From NCBI GenBank assembly GCA_964016885.1, contig OZ024740.1, forward strand, positions 242,544,001-242,608,000: 64,000 nt of DNA. The letters are read 5' to 3'. Source of the DNA: Eledone cirrhosa (lineage: Eukaryota). The translations under genes and the position numbers were made by a program. The notes below the pieces were generated by a model. The model made no database searches and had not been told where the DNA came from. It was given only the letters and a program-made list of their open reading frames with translations. Position 1 is the stretch's first letter. Every line of letters starts with the position of its first letter. Shown here piece after piece: positions 54,152 through 64,000 of this stretch.

Positions 54152-54408
54152 TTCGTTTCTGAATTTGACACACAGAAACAAAATGGCATAGGGCAGAACA
54201 AAGGAGAGGCACAAAAACAAAGAAAAGAATCCCCAGTCACTGAAGAGGTCACAGAATGTGTGACGAAAGAACTTTGACAATATATAACCAACCAACCGGA
54301 AATTTATAAATTCCTAAATTTATAAATTTATTATAATAAATTGAAGTGAAAGCAACTGGTGCGTGTGTTTCTTATTGGAAACAGGACCCTCCCAAAGTAT
54401 AACAATAT
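54152..54408 (+). mobile_element. PLE pLTR-like element in (TA)n
   Basis: Homologous to the reverse complement of 63445-63690; its end (GACCCTCCCAAAGTATAACAATA) matches the 3' UTR of the Penelope element at about 30017-30040. Confidence 0.78.
54236..54278 (+). ncRNA. Minimal hammerhead-like motif (variant)
   Basis: GTCA-CTGAAGA-G-GTCACA-GAATG-TGTGAC-GAAA-GAAC-TT-TGAC: stem I GTCA/TGAC, 6-bp stem II, vestigial stem III. Confidence 0.62.
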
Positions 54409-54420
54409 ATATATATATAT

Positions 54421-54575
54421 ATTTGAAGGAAATCATCATGAAAGCCCTGCTTTCCTGATGATTTCGTTCGAATGAAACAGTTCTAGTCCTGTAGAAACCA
54501 TTCTATATTAAATATTTATACTCTGTTATGTATTGAGTACCTTACTTATTGTGGTTATCCCCGATTGAAACCGGG

Positions 54576-54578
<3 letters not shown>
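54421..54578 (+). mobile_element. Small hammerhead-bearing element with 25-bp 5' fold-back, between (TA)n and (CA)n
   Basis: 54421-54445 is the reverse complement of 54449-54473 (3 mismatches); the body matches 45213-45340. Confidence 0.78.
54451..54497 (+). ncRNA. Type-I hammerhead motif
   Basis: TTTC-CTGATGA-T-TTC-GTTC-GAA-T-GAAA-CAG-TTCTAGTC-CTG-TA-GAAA; U.U mismatch at the base of stem II; cleavage triplet GUA. Confidence 0.68.
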
Positions 54579-54635
<57 letters not shown>

Positions 54636-55219
54636 ACCCACCCACACCCACACACATATATTTATCACTTTCTTCTTGCCTATTTTTCCTTTCCTTTTCT
54701 TTCTTTACCTTCTTTTTGTCAGTCTCACAAGACTATTGTTGCTATAAAACACAAAGTACCTTCTCCTAGTCATCACATAAAATTCTATGTGTACCTGTTG
54801 TGGCTTAATTGCAATAAGTTACTGTTTTGTCTTGTCTTTTACTCCACAGACAGCACTTTGGCCTGTGCCAGATGCTGTAACCCTAGGTGGACCAGCGATA
54901 CCATTGATAGGACTCAAAACTGCCAGAATCCATCTTGACAGCTGAAGACCTTGAGTTCTGAGTCTTTAGTTTGTTCTTTTATTTAAAAAAAAGTCTTTTT
55001 TAAGGTTTCCTCTTTAAAAAATTTATTTTTTCATTCTGCCTTGTTTTCATTTGTTGTCTTCTCTTAGTTAATTTTCCTAATTATATATATATATATATAT
55101 ATATGTGTGTATATATATATATGTATATATGTGTGTGTGTGTTTGTGTGTGTGTACATAAATACATATACACTATATGCATACCATTCCTCATGATATGT
55201 ATATATGTATGTATGTTTA

Positions 55220-55780
55220 TGTCAGGTCGCTCTCAAGTGTAATCCTGTAACCCAGTACAACCTGTCTCATGGTCAGGTCGTTGGCAACTAAACTGGCAAC
55301 CCCACCAAGTTTACTTGGTGAGGAGGTGATTTGGACACCCTGCAGGACAAAAAAAAAACCTGACAAAGGGTGGAAGAACTCATAGGAGTCAATGGCTATC
55401 CAAAAATGTGTAAATATGTATACACATGTATGCATGTGTATGTATATGCGCGGAGACATAGAAATAATCAGGCTGGATACCCGATCACACGGGACCCCTA
55501 GCCCTTGTCAGGGCATTCTTCTAGGAGAAGGCTACTCAGGAAACTGAGATAACTCCAGCATAAAACCTGCGATCAGTAGTTACCGATGATAATGATCTTT
55601 TCTTCTTTTCGGGTTATAACTACTGTCGCTCAAAGAGTGGGATTGGCTCAGTGCACAGTCTTTCCTCACTTAAAAAAAATCTTCATGCAGCACAGGCATT
55701 GCACGATAACATTAATTTATAATTATTAATAAAGTTATATCGTGCAATGGCCATACTCGATAATGAAGGGGCAGCCATCA
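55220..55780 (+). mobile_element. RTE 5' UTR-like interspersed repeat
   Basis: Homologous to 36158-36750. Confidence 0.65.
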
Positions 55781-55807
55781 TATATGTGTGCATGCATGTA
55801 TGTATGT

Positions 55808-56300
55808 AACTCTGGTTATTGTGTACGCTTCTACCATGGGCACTAGTGACAATGAAAAACTAGCTTTTTACATGAAAGAGGTCATCTATAGTATACCTTA
55901 TGCAGACAAGATTGTCATCCTTGGCAATTTTAATGCACGTTTTTGGTAATCACTGGAAAGCTTGGAGTATGATAGGTAAGCATGGAGTAAGAAAGTGCAA
56001 TAACAATGGCCTACTTCTTTTGTAGATATGCACTGAAATGGATCTTATTATTGGGAACATGCTCTTTCAGCAGAAAGACAAATATAAAACAACTTGGATG
56101 CATCCAGGTTCCAAGAAGTGGCACCTTATTGACTTCATTTTTATCAGGAAATGTGATGTCAGGGATATCACATTGGTGTGTGCATTGTGAGGCATGGAAT
56201 GTTGGGCTGACCATCCTCTGTGAAGCCTAAAGTTAATGGGGAGGAGGTTGCACTTCAAAAACGACTAAATGTGGCTTGTCTGAAGACAGAAGAATTCAGA
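55808..56300 (+). mobile_element. RTE-like APE endonuclease fragment
   Basis: TLVIVYAST...IPYADKIVILGNFNAR, GKHGVRKCNNNGLLLL, TTWMHPGSKKWHLIDFI. Confidence 0.85.
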
Positions 56301-56304
56301 GCTG

Positions 56305-56437
56305 GCAAGAATTCCAAGATGGGAAAAACTCATCAGTACTCCACCAACATGCCAAAATGGAACATGGTGGCACATTAGAGAATATAGAGATAAAAAATAT
56401 ATCCACACACAGAAAAGATGCAATGCTCAGACATATC
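56305..56437 (+). mobile_element. Penelope-like GIY-YIG C-terminal fragment
   Basis: SSVLHQHAKMEHGGTLENIEIKNISTHRKDAMLRHI aligns with GSVLYEHARQRHDGNIDNIEIKIISKHRNDSTGRQI of the 30-kb PLE. Confidence 0.8.
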
Positions 56438-57194
56438 ACAAAATGCAAATTAAAATGCATTTTAATGCAAATATAAGTTTATATAATAGAGGGAATGCAT
56501 AACGTTATAAAAGTGTTCTTTTGGAAATATATTCAGTTTAAAAATCATGCATAAGACATATACATGTAGAAATATAATAGATTGGGAAAGAAGCCAATTG
56601 TTACTGATATATAGGATACTGAAGGCTCAATGAGTTGAGTTTCTGAAAACAAAATTTAAAACTCTGCTGCCTGTTTCGCACAACAAAAATAACATGCCCA
56701 TGCATTTTCATCAAGAAGCAAAAGAGAAAGACGTTTCTCTTTTGTAAATCTGCACAGATACCAGCTCACATACAGAAATAATGATACAACCTCTACTGAA
56801 CTTAGAGATTTTGCAAATAAAGGTATCAGATCCACTACCAAAATTAAGCAAATTAATAAAAAAGTGTCAGTTCACTTGAACCTCCTAATTCATGTGCCAT
56901 AGCAGTAAGTTACTAATAATTACTGTATATACTCAAATGTAAGCCAATCTGAATAGAAGCCGACTGCCCCATTTTATGTCTGAGAAATGGTCAAAAATAC
57001 AAACCCCATTTATAAACTGAGGCAGTTAATCAACACATTGTTTAGATGACCTATATAAGCCAACCTCTGCCCAATTTTACCACCAATTTGGTCACATATT
57101 CCTCAGATTATATTCAAGTATAGTACATTATCAATGAAAAATATATAGGTTTATCACTGTACATAAAAAAACCGGCTTCATTGGATGTGTAAAA

Positions 57195-57522
57195 GGCAGA
57201 GCTTGGACAAGCTGAGAGAGAAGCTGGGTTCAAGGGGAATTTGAGGTGGTGTACAAGATAGAAGACTGCGTTGGTATAAACATGTGGTGGGCATGGACAA
57301 TGAGCGATGGTTGAAGAAACGGCAGGAAATCCCAGTGGAAGGAAACTGCAGTAAAGGATGACAAAGAGGTTGTGAGAGCAGACCTCAAATTGTTAAGACT
57401 GGCAGAGGTGAGATGGAGGAGCGCGACAAGTGGAATGTGCTAAGAAGGACCCATCCAACCCATGCAAGCATGGAAAAGCAGATGGGAAAATGACGATGGT
57501 AATGATGATGATCATCATCATG
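57195..57522 (+). mobile_element. RTE 3' fragment (mirrored at about 61805-62130, minus strand)
   Basis: DRRLRWY.HV..M, AACCCATGCAAGCATGGAAAA and a (GAT)n tail. Confidence 0.82.
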
Positions 57523-57717
57523 ATATATATATTGTCTATATAGTACTTGTTCAATTAACACAACATTTCTACCATACTATTCTACCATACTATTTCATTC
57601 TAATACCATTATAATTTTAAAGAATTGTAAATAAAACGAGTAAATCAGACAAAGTTGGAATTCCTTTTATTAATATAATCTTCTATACACAATCATACAC
57701 ACCCGTGTATATTTATT

Positions 57718-57903
<186 letters not shown>

Positions 57904-57914
57904 TGAAATAAATA

Positions 57915-57946
<32 letters not shown>

Positions 57947-58120
57947 CATATATATACATATATATATTCATATATATATATAAAGTGACAATAAGAAATG
58001 CAGCTTTAAACCTGGAGCACAACCTAACGAGAGACGGACACAGTAACAACAATGAGTGCTTCGGCCAGCGTCACCGCTAGGAACTACAAGTTACCCACCT
58101 AATAACCTATATATATATAT

Positions 58121-58339
58121 ACTTGTAACAAAGAGGGTGTGGTAAGATACCAGGTGGACCATAACGCACCAGAATACTCGATACTTAGGGTAGTAGAGTG
58201 GGTAATATGAAAAGAATCAGGACCCCGACGGCTGACCTCCGGCCGTTTCGACAGCTAGATCTGAACTAAGGGGCTTAGTTCAGATCTAGCTGCCAAAACG
58301 GCTGGAGCTCAACCATCGGGGTCCTGAATCTTTTCATAT
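58121..58339 (-). mobile_element. Asymmetric fold-back element in (TA)n with 135-bp hairpin and 3' half of a hammerhead
   Basis: 58205-58339 is an imperfect palindrome around CTAAG-GGG-CTTAG. The minus strand reads GAAA-CGGC-loop-GCCG-TC. Confidence 0.75.
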
Positions 58340-58534
58340 ATATATATATCGATGTATTGACAGAGTGGAACACACTTCAACAACATATTTACCTGTCTTT
58401 TCCACATTAATTCGGACTGCCTGAAGAAGTCACAGTCAATAACTGCATACTGAGGTGTCGGTAAGCAACCAACATATACTAAAAAAAAATATATATATAT
58501 ATTCATATAGATAGATAGGTAGATAGATAGATGA

Positions 58535-58565
<31 letters not shown>

Positions 58566-59074
58566 ATAGATAGTTAGATATACTTTTCTTGGGTTCATTT
58601 TGAAATTCTGAGAATATGTAAATTTTCTATAACCAAATGCCATTACATTCCTATTAATTGCTTTATCCCTAGTAAACAAATACTGAATAGCATATCCTTA
58701 TGTTGCACTTCATTAATATATGAGTGATAATTATAAATTGAAATCATAGCCATAGATTTAATTTTAACATAAATGAAGTTAAATTTTCTGCGCATTAGCT
58801 ACATCAATAGTTGATCATAATCTGTTAGCAATAATCTATAATATATTTTTCCAATATTCCAGTACTCTATAAAAGATTATCTGATATTTCATTATAATCC
58901 CCACCCTCTCTTAAAATCAGCATTATAAGCTTTTATTCTATGTCTTGCTCTTTCTTGTCTTGTCTCTTTCTTGATGTTAAATAAATTATTATTTTTTTAA
59001 AACTGTAATCTTCCTATTAACAATATGTTTGCTACACATAGCAGGATTGTTATTATAATGTCTTTGTTGCAATA

Positions 59075-59210
59075 ATAGTTTCTGATTTAGGCACAAGGCC
59101 AACAATTTAGTGAGGAGGGAAAATTAAATTGACCCCAGTGCATTATGGTTCTTTATTTTATCTACCCAACAAGGATGAGTGGCAAAACTAACTTCAGCAG
59201 GATTTGGTAT
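59075..59210 (-). mobile_element. Meta-domain-like SINE, degenerate
   Basis: GGCACAAGGCC..GACCCCAGTG..CTTTATTTTATC..AGGATGA. Confidence 0.65.
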
Positions 59211-59899
59211 CCAATGCTCAATGAAAATCATTTTTGTTTTCCCAAATATTATTTGAGTCACATAGAATACTATACCATAGATATGAGAGTGAGTTTATTT
59301 TGCTGAAACAATTGTGTGAAATATAATGGTATAACTTCATCTTTTCTCAGCAGTTTTGCTAGAGAATGGGTTGCAGCTAGCAGATAATGATACAACCATG
59401 ACATAAGCAGGGCTACTGCTGGACGAATAAGCAAGTTTGGACCAACAGCAGTAAACTACTCGGGGAGATGGAGCAATAGATGACACTGTTAGCTCCCAAG
59501 AAAAGACTCATGTAGCCTAGTCTTTGCAGGTCTGAGAAAAGCACGAAATTGGTGACTGGCATGAATAAGACCACAGAAACACTGCAATAGTCAGAAACAA
59601 TATAGGAATTCATTCCACATTGTCCTTTATGCAGGATAACAAGGGACATGTTCAGGCTTTAGGTACATTTTCAAGTTATAGATCTTGTAGATAAGCAGTT
59701 TGCTTCAGAACCACAGGGTTTTGGGTTTGATCTCACTGTTTGAAACCTTAGGCCAATGTCTTCTACTATTGTTTCGGGTCTGTTTGAAAAATATATATTG
59801 CATTCTTTATCCAATGCTGCAAGAACTGGTAATGGGACTTCAACCAGTTCTGGGAGGCGTGGTTTGGATGCTTAAGGGTTACATATTCTAAGACCCCAA

Positions 59900-60470
59900 A
59901 GAGTGTTTGGAAGGGAGCAAATTTGACAATTGATAATTGGAATGTTACAACCCTTACAGGCAAAAAGCAGGAACTGGTGGAGAAAACCAGATGCTATTAC
60001 TTAGATAGAGTTGAGGTTTCCTCAACAAAATTCTGTGGCTCTGGAACTTTAGATTTGGATGGAGGATAGAAACTCAACTATTCAAGTGTGGTGCCAGAAA
60101 TGACAGCACAGGCAGGAGTGGGGATACTCATAAGTCCCAAGCTGTCAAAATATGTTATAGACTGGATCCCATTGGGAGGGTAGGTTAGCCTCTTGAAGCT
60201 TAGGCTGAAATATCGGTCTCTGTAGGTGGTGAAAGTTTACGTACCAAACAGTGAGTCCAAATACAGATGCTTCGTTGATAAGGTCACTGCAGCATTAGAT
60301 GTAGTTAAGTCATATATCATAATGGGAGACTTCAATGCACATGAAGGCACTGTCCACCTCATATGGAAAAGAGTGATTGAAAGGAACAGTGATTCCAATC
60401 TAAATATGAATGGAGGGGCCTTATTAAACTTCTGTTCCAGGAATGGGCTATCTATTATGAACACCTTCTG
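59900..60470 (+). mobile_element. RTE/Expander-like APE endonuclease fragment
   Basis: NWNVTTLTGK, AQAGVGILI, VYVPN, IIMGDFNAH, NGGALLNFC..NGLSIMNTF. Confidence 0.88.
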
Positions 60471-60896
60471 GCAGCTCTCTACATGCAGAGTTATTACCTT
60501 TACTATATCTGTATATATATATATATATATATCATGATGATGAAGTGCAACATAAGGATATGCTATTCAGTATTTGTTTACTAGGGATAAAGCAATTAAT
60601 AGGAATGTAATGGCATTTGATTATAGAAAATTTACATATTCTGAGAATTTCAAAATGAACCCAAGAAAAGTATATCTAACTATCTATTTATTTATTTATT
60701 GATGTATCATCTATCTATCTACCTATCTATCTATATGAATATATATATATTTTTTTTTAGTATATGTTGGTTGCTTACCGACACCTCAGTATGCAGATTG
60801 GAGCACTCGGCGAAGTACGCAGGTTTGTTTACTCCGGAGTAATGTAAAATAAGTAAGGCAAACATGTAAAATTTGGCTTCGTTTATTATAAATTCT

Positions 60897-60949
60897 CTGC
60901 TATATATATTTTGGTGACAGCTATTATTGACTGTGACCTCTTCAGGCAG
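60897..60949 (-). ncRNA. Decayed type-I hammerhead motif (GAAA changed to AAAA)
   Basis: Minus strand: CTGC-CTGAAGA-GGTCACAG-loop-CTGTCACC-AAAA-TATATA-TA-GCAG. Confidence 0.62.
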
Positions 60950-61021
60950 TCCGAATTAATGTGGAAAAGACAGGTAAATATGTTGTTGAAGTGTGTTCCA
61001 CTCTGTCAATACATCGATATA

Positions 61022-61240
61022 TATTTGAAAAGATTCAGGACCCCGATGGTTGAGCTCCAGCCGTTTTGGCAGCTAGATCTGAACTAAGCCCCTTAGTTCA
61101 GATCTAGCTGTCGAAACGGCCGGAGGTCAGCCGTCGGGGTCCTGATTCTTTTCATATTACCCACTCTACTACCCTAAGTATCGAGTATTCTGGTGCGTTA
61201 TGGTCCACCTGGTATCTTACCACACCCTCTTTGTTACAAG
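61022..61240 (+). mobile_element. Mirror copy of the 58121-58339 fold-back element
   Basis: GAAA 61113-61116, CGGC/GCCG stem, TC at 61134-61135. Confidence 0.75.
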
Positions 61241-61415
61241 TATATATATATATAGGTTATTAGGTGGGTAACTTGTAGTTCCTAGCGGTGACGCTGGCCG
61301 AAGCACTCATTGTTGTTACTGTGTCCGTCTCTCGTTAGGTTGTGCTCCAGGTTTAAAGCTGCATTTCTTATTGTCACTTTATATATATATGTGTATATAT
61401 ATATGTATATATATG

Positions 61416-61446
<31 letters not shown>

Positions 61447-61457
61447 GTATATATATG

Positions 61458-61526
<69 letters not shown>

Positions 61527-61538
61527 TTATTTATCTCA

Positions 61539-61613
<75 letters not shown>

Positions 61614-62961
61614 TAAATATACACGGGTGTGTATGATTGTGTATAGAAGATTATATTAATAAAAGGAATTCCAACTTTGTCTGATTTACTCGTTTTATTT
61701 ACAATCCTTTAAAATTATAATGGTATTAGAATGAAATAGCATGGTAGAATAGTATGGTAGAAATGTTGTGTTAATTGAACAAGTACTATATAGACAATAT
61801 ATATATCATGATGATGATCATCATCATTACCATCGTCATTTTCCCATCTGCTTTTCCATGCTTGCATGGGTTGGATGGGTCCTTCTTAGCACATTCCACT
61901 TGTCGCGCTCCTCCATCTCACCTCTGCCATTCTTAACAATTTGAGGTCTGCTCTCACAACCTCTTTGTCATCCTTTACTGCAGTTTGCTTCCACTGGGAT
62001 TTCCTGCCGTTTCTTCAACCATCGCTCATTGTCCATGCCCACCACATGTTTATACCAACGCAGTCTTCTATCTTGTACACCACCTCAAATTCCCCTTGAA
62101 CCCAGCTTCTCTCTCAGCTTGTCCAAGCTCTGCCTTTTACACATCCAATGAAGCCGGTTTTTTTTATGTAAAGTGATAAACCTATATATTTTTCATTGAT
62201 AATGTACTATACTTGAATTTAATCTGAGGAATATGTGACCAAATTGGTGGTAAAATTGGGCAGAGGTTGGCTTATATATGCCATCTAAACAATGTGTTGA
62301 TTAACTGCCTCAGTTTATAAATGGGGTTTGTATTTTTGACCATTTCTCAGACATAAAATGGGGCAGTCGGCTTCTATTCAGATCGGCTTACATTTGAGTA
62401 TATACAGTAATTATTAGTAACTTACTGCTATGGCACATGAATTAGGAGGTTCAAGTGAACTGACACTTTTTTATTAATTTGCTTAATTTTGGTAGTGGAT
62501 CTGATACCTTTATTTGCAAAATCTCTAAGTTCAGTAGAGGTTGTATCATTATTTCTGTATGTGAGCTGGTATCTGTGCAGATTTACAAAAGAGAAATGTC
62601 TTTCTCTTTTGCTTCTTGATGAAAATGCATGGGCATGTTATTTTTGTTGTGCGAAACAGGCAGCAGAGTTTTAAATTTTGTTTTCAGAAACTCAACTCAT
62701 TGAGCCTTCAGTATCCTATATATCAGTAACAATTGGCTTCTTTCCCAATCTATTATATTTCTACATGTATATGTCTTATGCATGATTTTTAAACTGAATA
62801 TATTTCCAAAAGAACACTTTTATAATGTTATGCATTATATAAACTTATATTTGCATTATATAAACTTATATTTGCATTAAAATGCATTTTAATTTGCATT
62901 TTGTGAAAATACTTCTCTCCCTCTCCCTATATACAAACACACACACACACATGCATATATA

Positions 62962-63396
62962 TCATCATCATCATCGTTTAATGTCCATCTTCCATGCTAG
63001 CATCGGTTAGATGGTTTTGTTCCATCTGATGCAGGAATGGTCGGGAGACCATCTCTTGCTCTCACAGAAGCGTCTCTAGCAGGTTTTTTTACAGCTGGAT
63101 GTCCTTCCTAACACCAACCACATCTACAGTGTGGACTGGGCGCCTTTTCATCGTGTCTCCTACACGGCCACCTTACAGTGTGGACTGTTGTGTCATCGAC
63201 ACAGTGGACGGAACGGGAGAGGGTGTGGCTGTGGGGTGTACATTGAGTTAAAAGGTGCCTACTGACTGTAGGTTTATATGCAATGGTAGTCGGGTCTTCT
63301 GTACAACTGCATGGTGCCAAAGATCTCAATCCAGTGTCATTGTCTTAGAGAGGTGTAGGTGGGCAAGGTCAGTTTTTATCACCTCGTCCCAGGTTT
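62962..63396 (-). mobile_element. RTE LINE 3' fragment
   Basis: KTWDEVIKTDLAHLHLSKT on the minus strand, plus the 3' UTR module and (CAT)n. Confidence 0.85.
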
Positions 63397-63916
63397 TTGA
63401 ATTTGTTTTGCGAGATTTCTTATCAGAAAACGTGTGTTGAAACAGATATTGTTATACTTTGGAAGGGTCATGTTGCCAATAAAAACACACGCACCTTTTG
63501 GATTTCACTTCAATTTATTATAAATTTCTGGTTGGTTGGTTCAATAACCGGAAGGTTGTTTATATATTGTCAGAGCTCTTTCGTCACACATTCTGTGACC
63601 TCCTCAGTGACTAGGTTTTTATTTTGTGTGTTTCTCCTTTGTTCTGTCCTACACCATCTTGTTTTTGTGTGTTGTGTGTTGTGTGCTTAGTTTGCGCATA
63701 CATTATGTCCGGGTGTGTGTGTGTTTATTTACATGTTCTATCTGTGTGTGTCTGATTTGTTTTCTTAGTTTGGTTTTTGTGTGTGTTTGCATGTCACAGA
63801 ATGTGTGACGAAAGAGCTTTGACAATATATAAACAACCATCCAGTTATCTAACCAACCAACCAACAGGTGCGTGTATTTTTATTGGCAACATGACCCTCA
63901 CAAAGAATAACAATAA
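63397..63916. mobile_element. PLE pLTR-like element with inverted duplication
   Basis: About 63446-63599 and 63793-63915 are inverted copies; homologous to 54152-54408 and to 29968-30045. Confidence 0.8.
63569..63611 (-). ncRNA. Minimal hammerhead-like motif (same variant as 54236)
   Basis: Minus strand: GTCA-CTGAGGA-G-GTCACA-GAATG-TGTGAC-GAAA-GAGC-TC-TGAC. Confidence 0.65.
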
Positions 63917-63917
63917 A

Positions 63918-63961
<44 letters not shown>

Positions 63962-64000
63962 AGGTTGCATTGGAATGCGTATGAATGATGACAGTACTCA

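Larger units (their letters stand above)
60540..62906. repeat. Right arm of the large inverted duplication
   Basis: Reverse complement of 56436-58713; carries an extra 127 bp (60797-60923). Confidence 0.95.

Noticed and set aside
54857-54938. Possible terminal exon after a strong polypyrimidine/CAG
   Set aside because: Short, no recognisable protein and no partner exons identified.
56656-56841. 61-aa ORF duplicated at 62489-62674
   Set aside because: Conservation only reflects the recent inverted duplication; no recognisable domain.

Overview
This is repeat-saturated, AT-rich eukaryotic DNA. The microsatellite load and SINE/LINE repertoire suggest an octopus-like cephalopod (inference). No intact host gene, rRNA, tRNA or CRISPR array is recognisable. 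The window holds many RTE-clade LINE copies (their RT carries an in-frame C4HC3 PHD finger), fragments of CR1-, R4/Dong-, CRE- and Tx1-like elements, a Penelope-like element (PLE) with an inverted GIY-YIG duplication, two inverted DD37D (maT) transposons, a decayed mariner, two MITEs, and Meta-type and CORE-type tRNA-derived SINEs. The most interesting signal is a set of short non-coding elements, mostly in or beside (TA)n tracts, that carry type-I hammerhead ribozyme motifs of at least 4 sequence families and repeatedly show fold-back ends. The best case is a 342-bp spacer-less palindrome (20925-21266) that encodes a complete hammerhead on both strands. A 6.5-kb inverted duplication of mixed genomic DNA (56436-62906) begins directly at a PLE endonuclease fragment. 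All calls come from reading the sequence by eye; no searches or folding programs were run, and element boundaries are approximate unless TIRs or TSDs are quoted.
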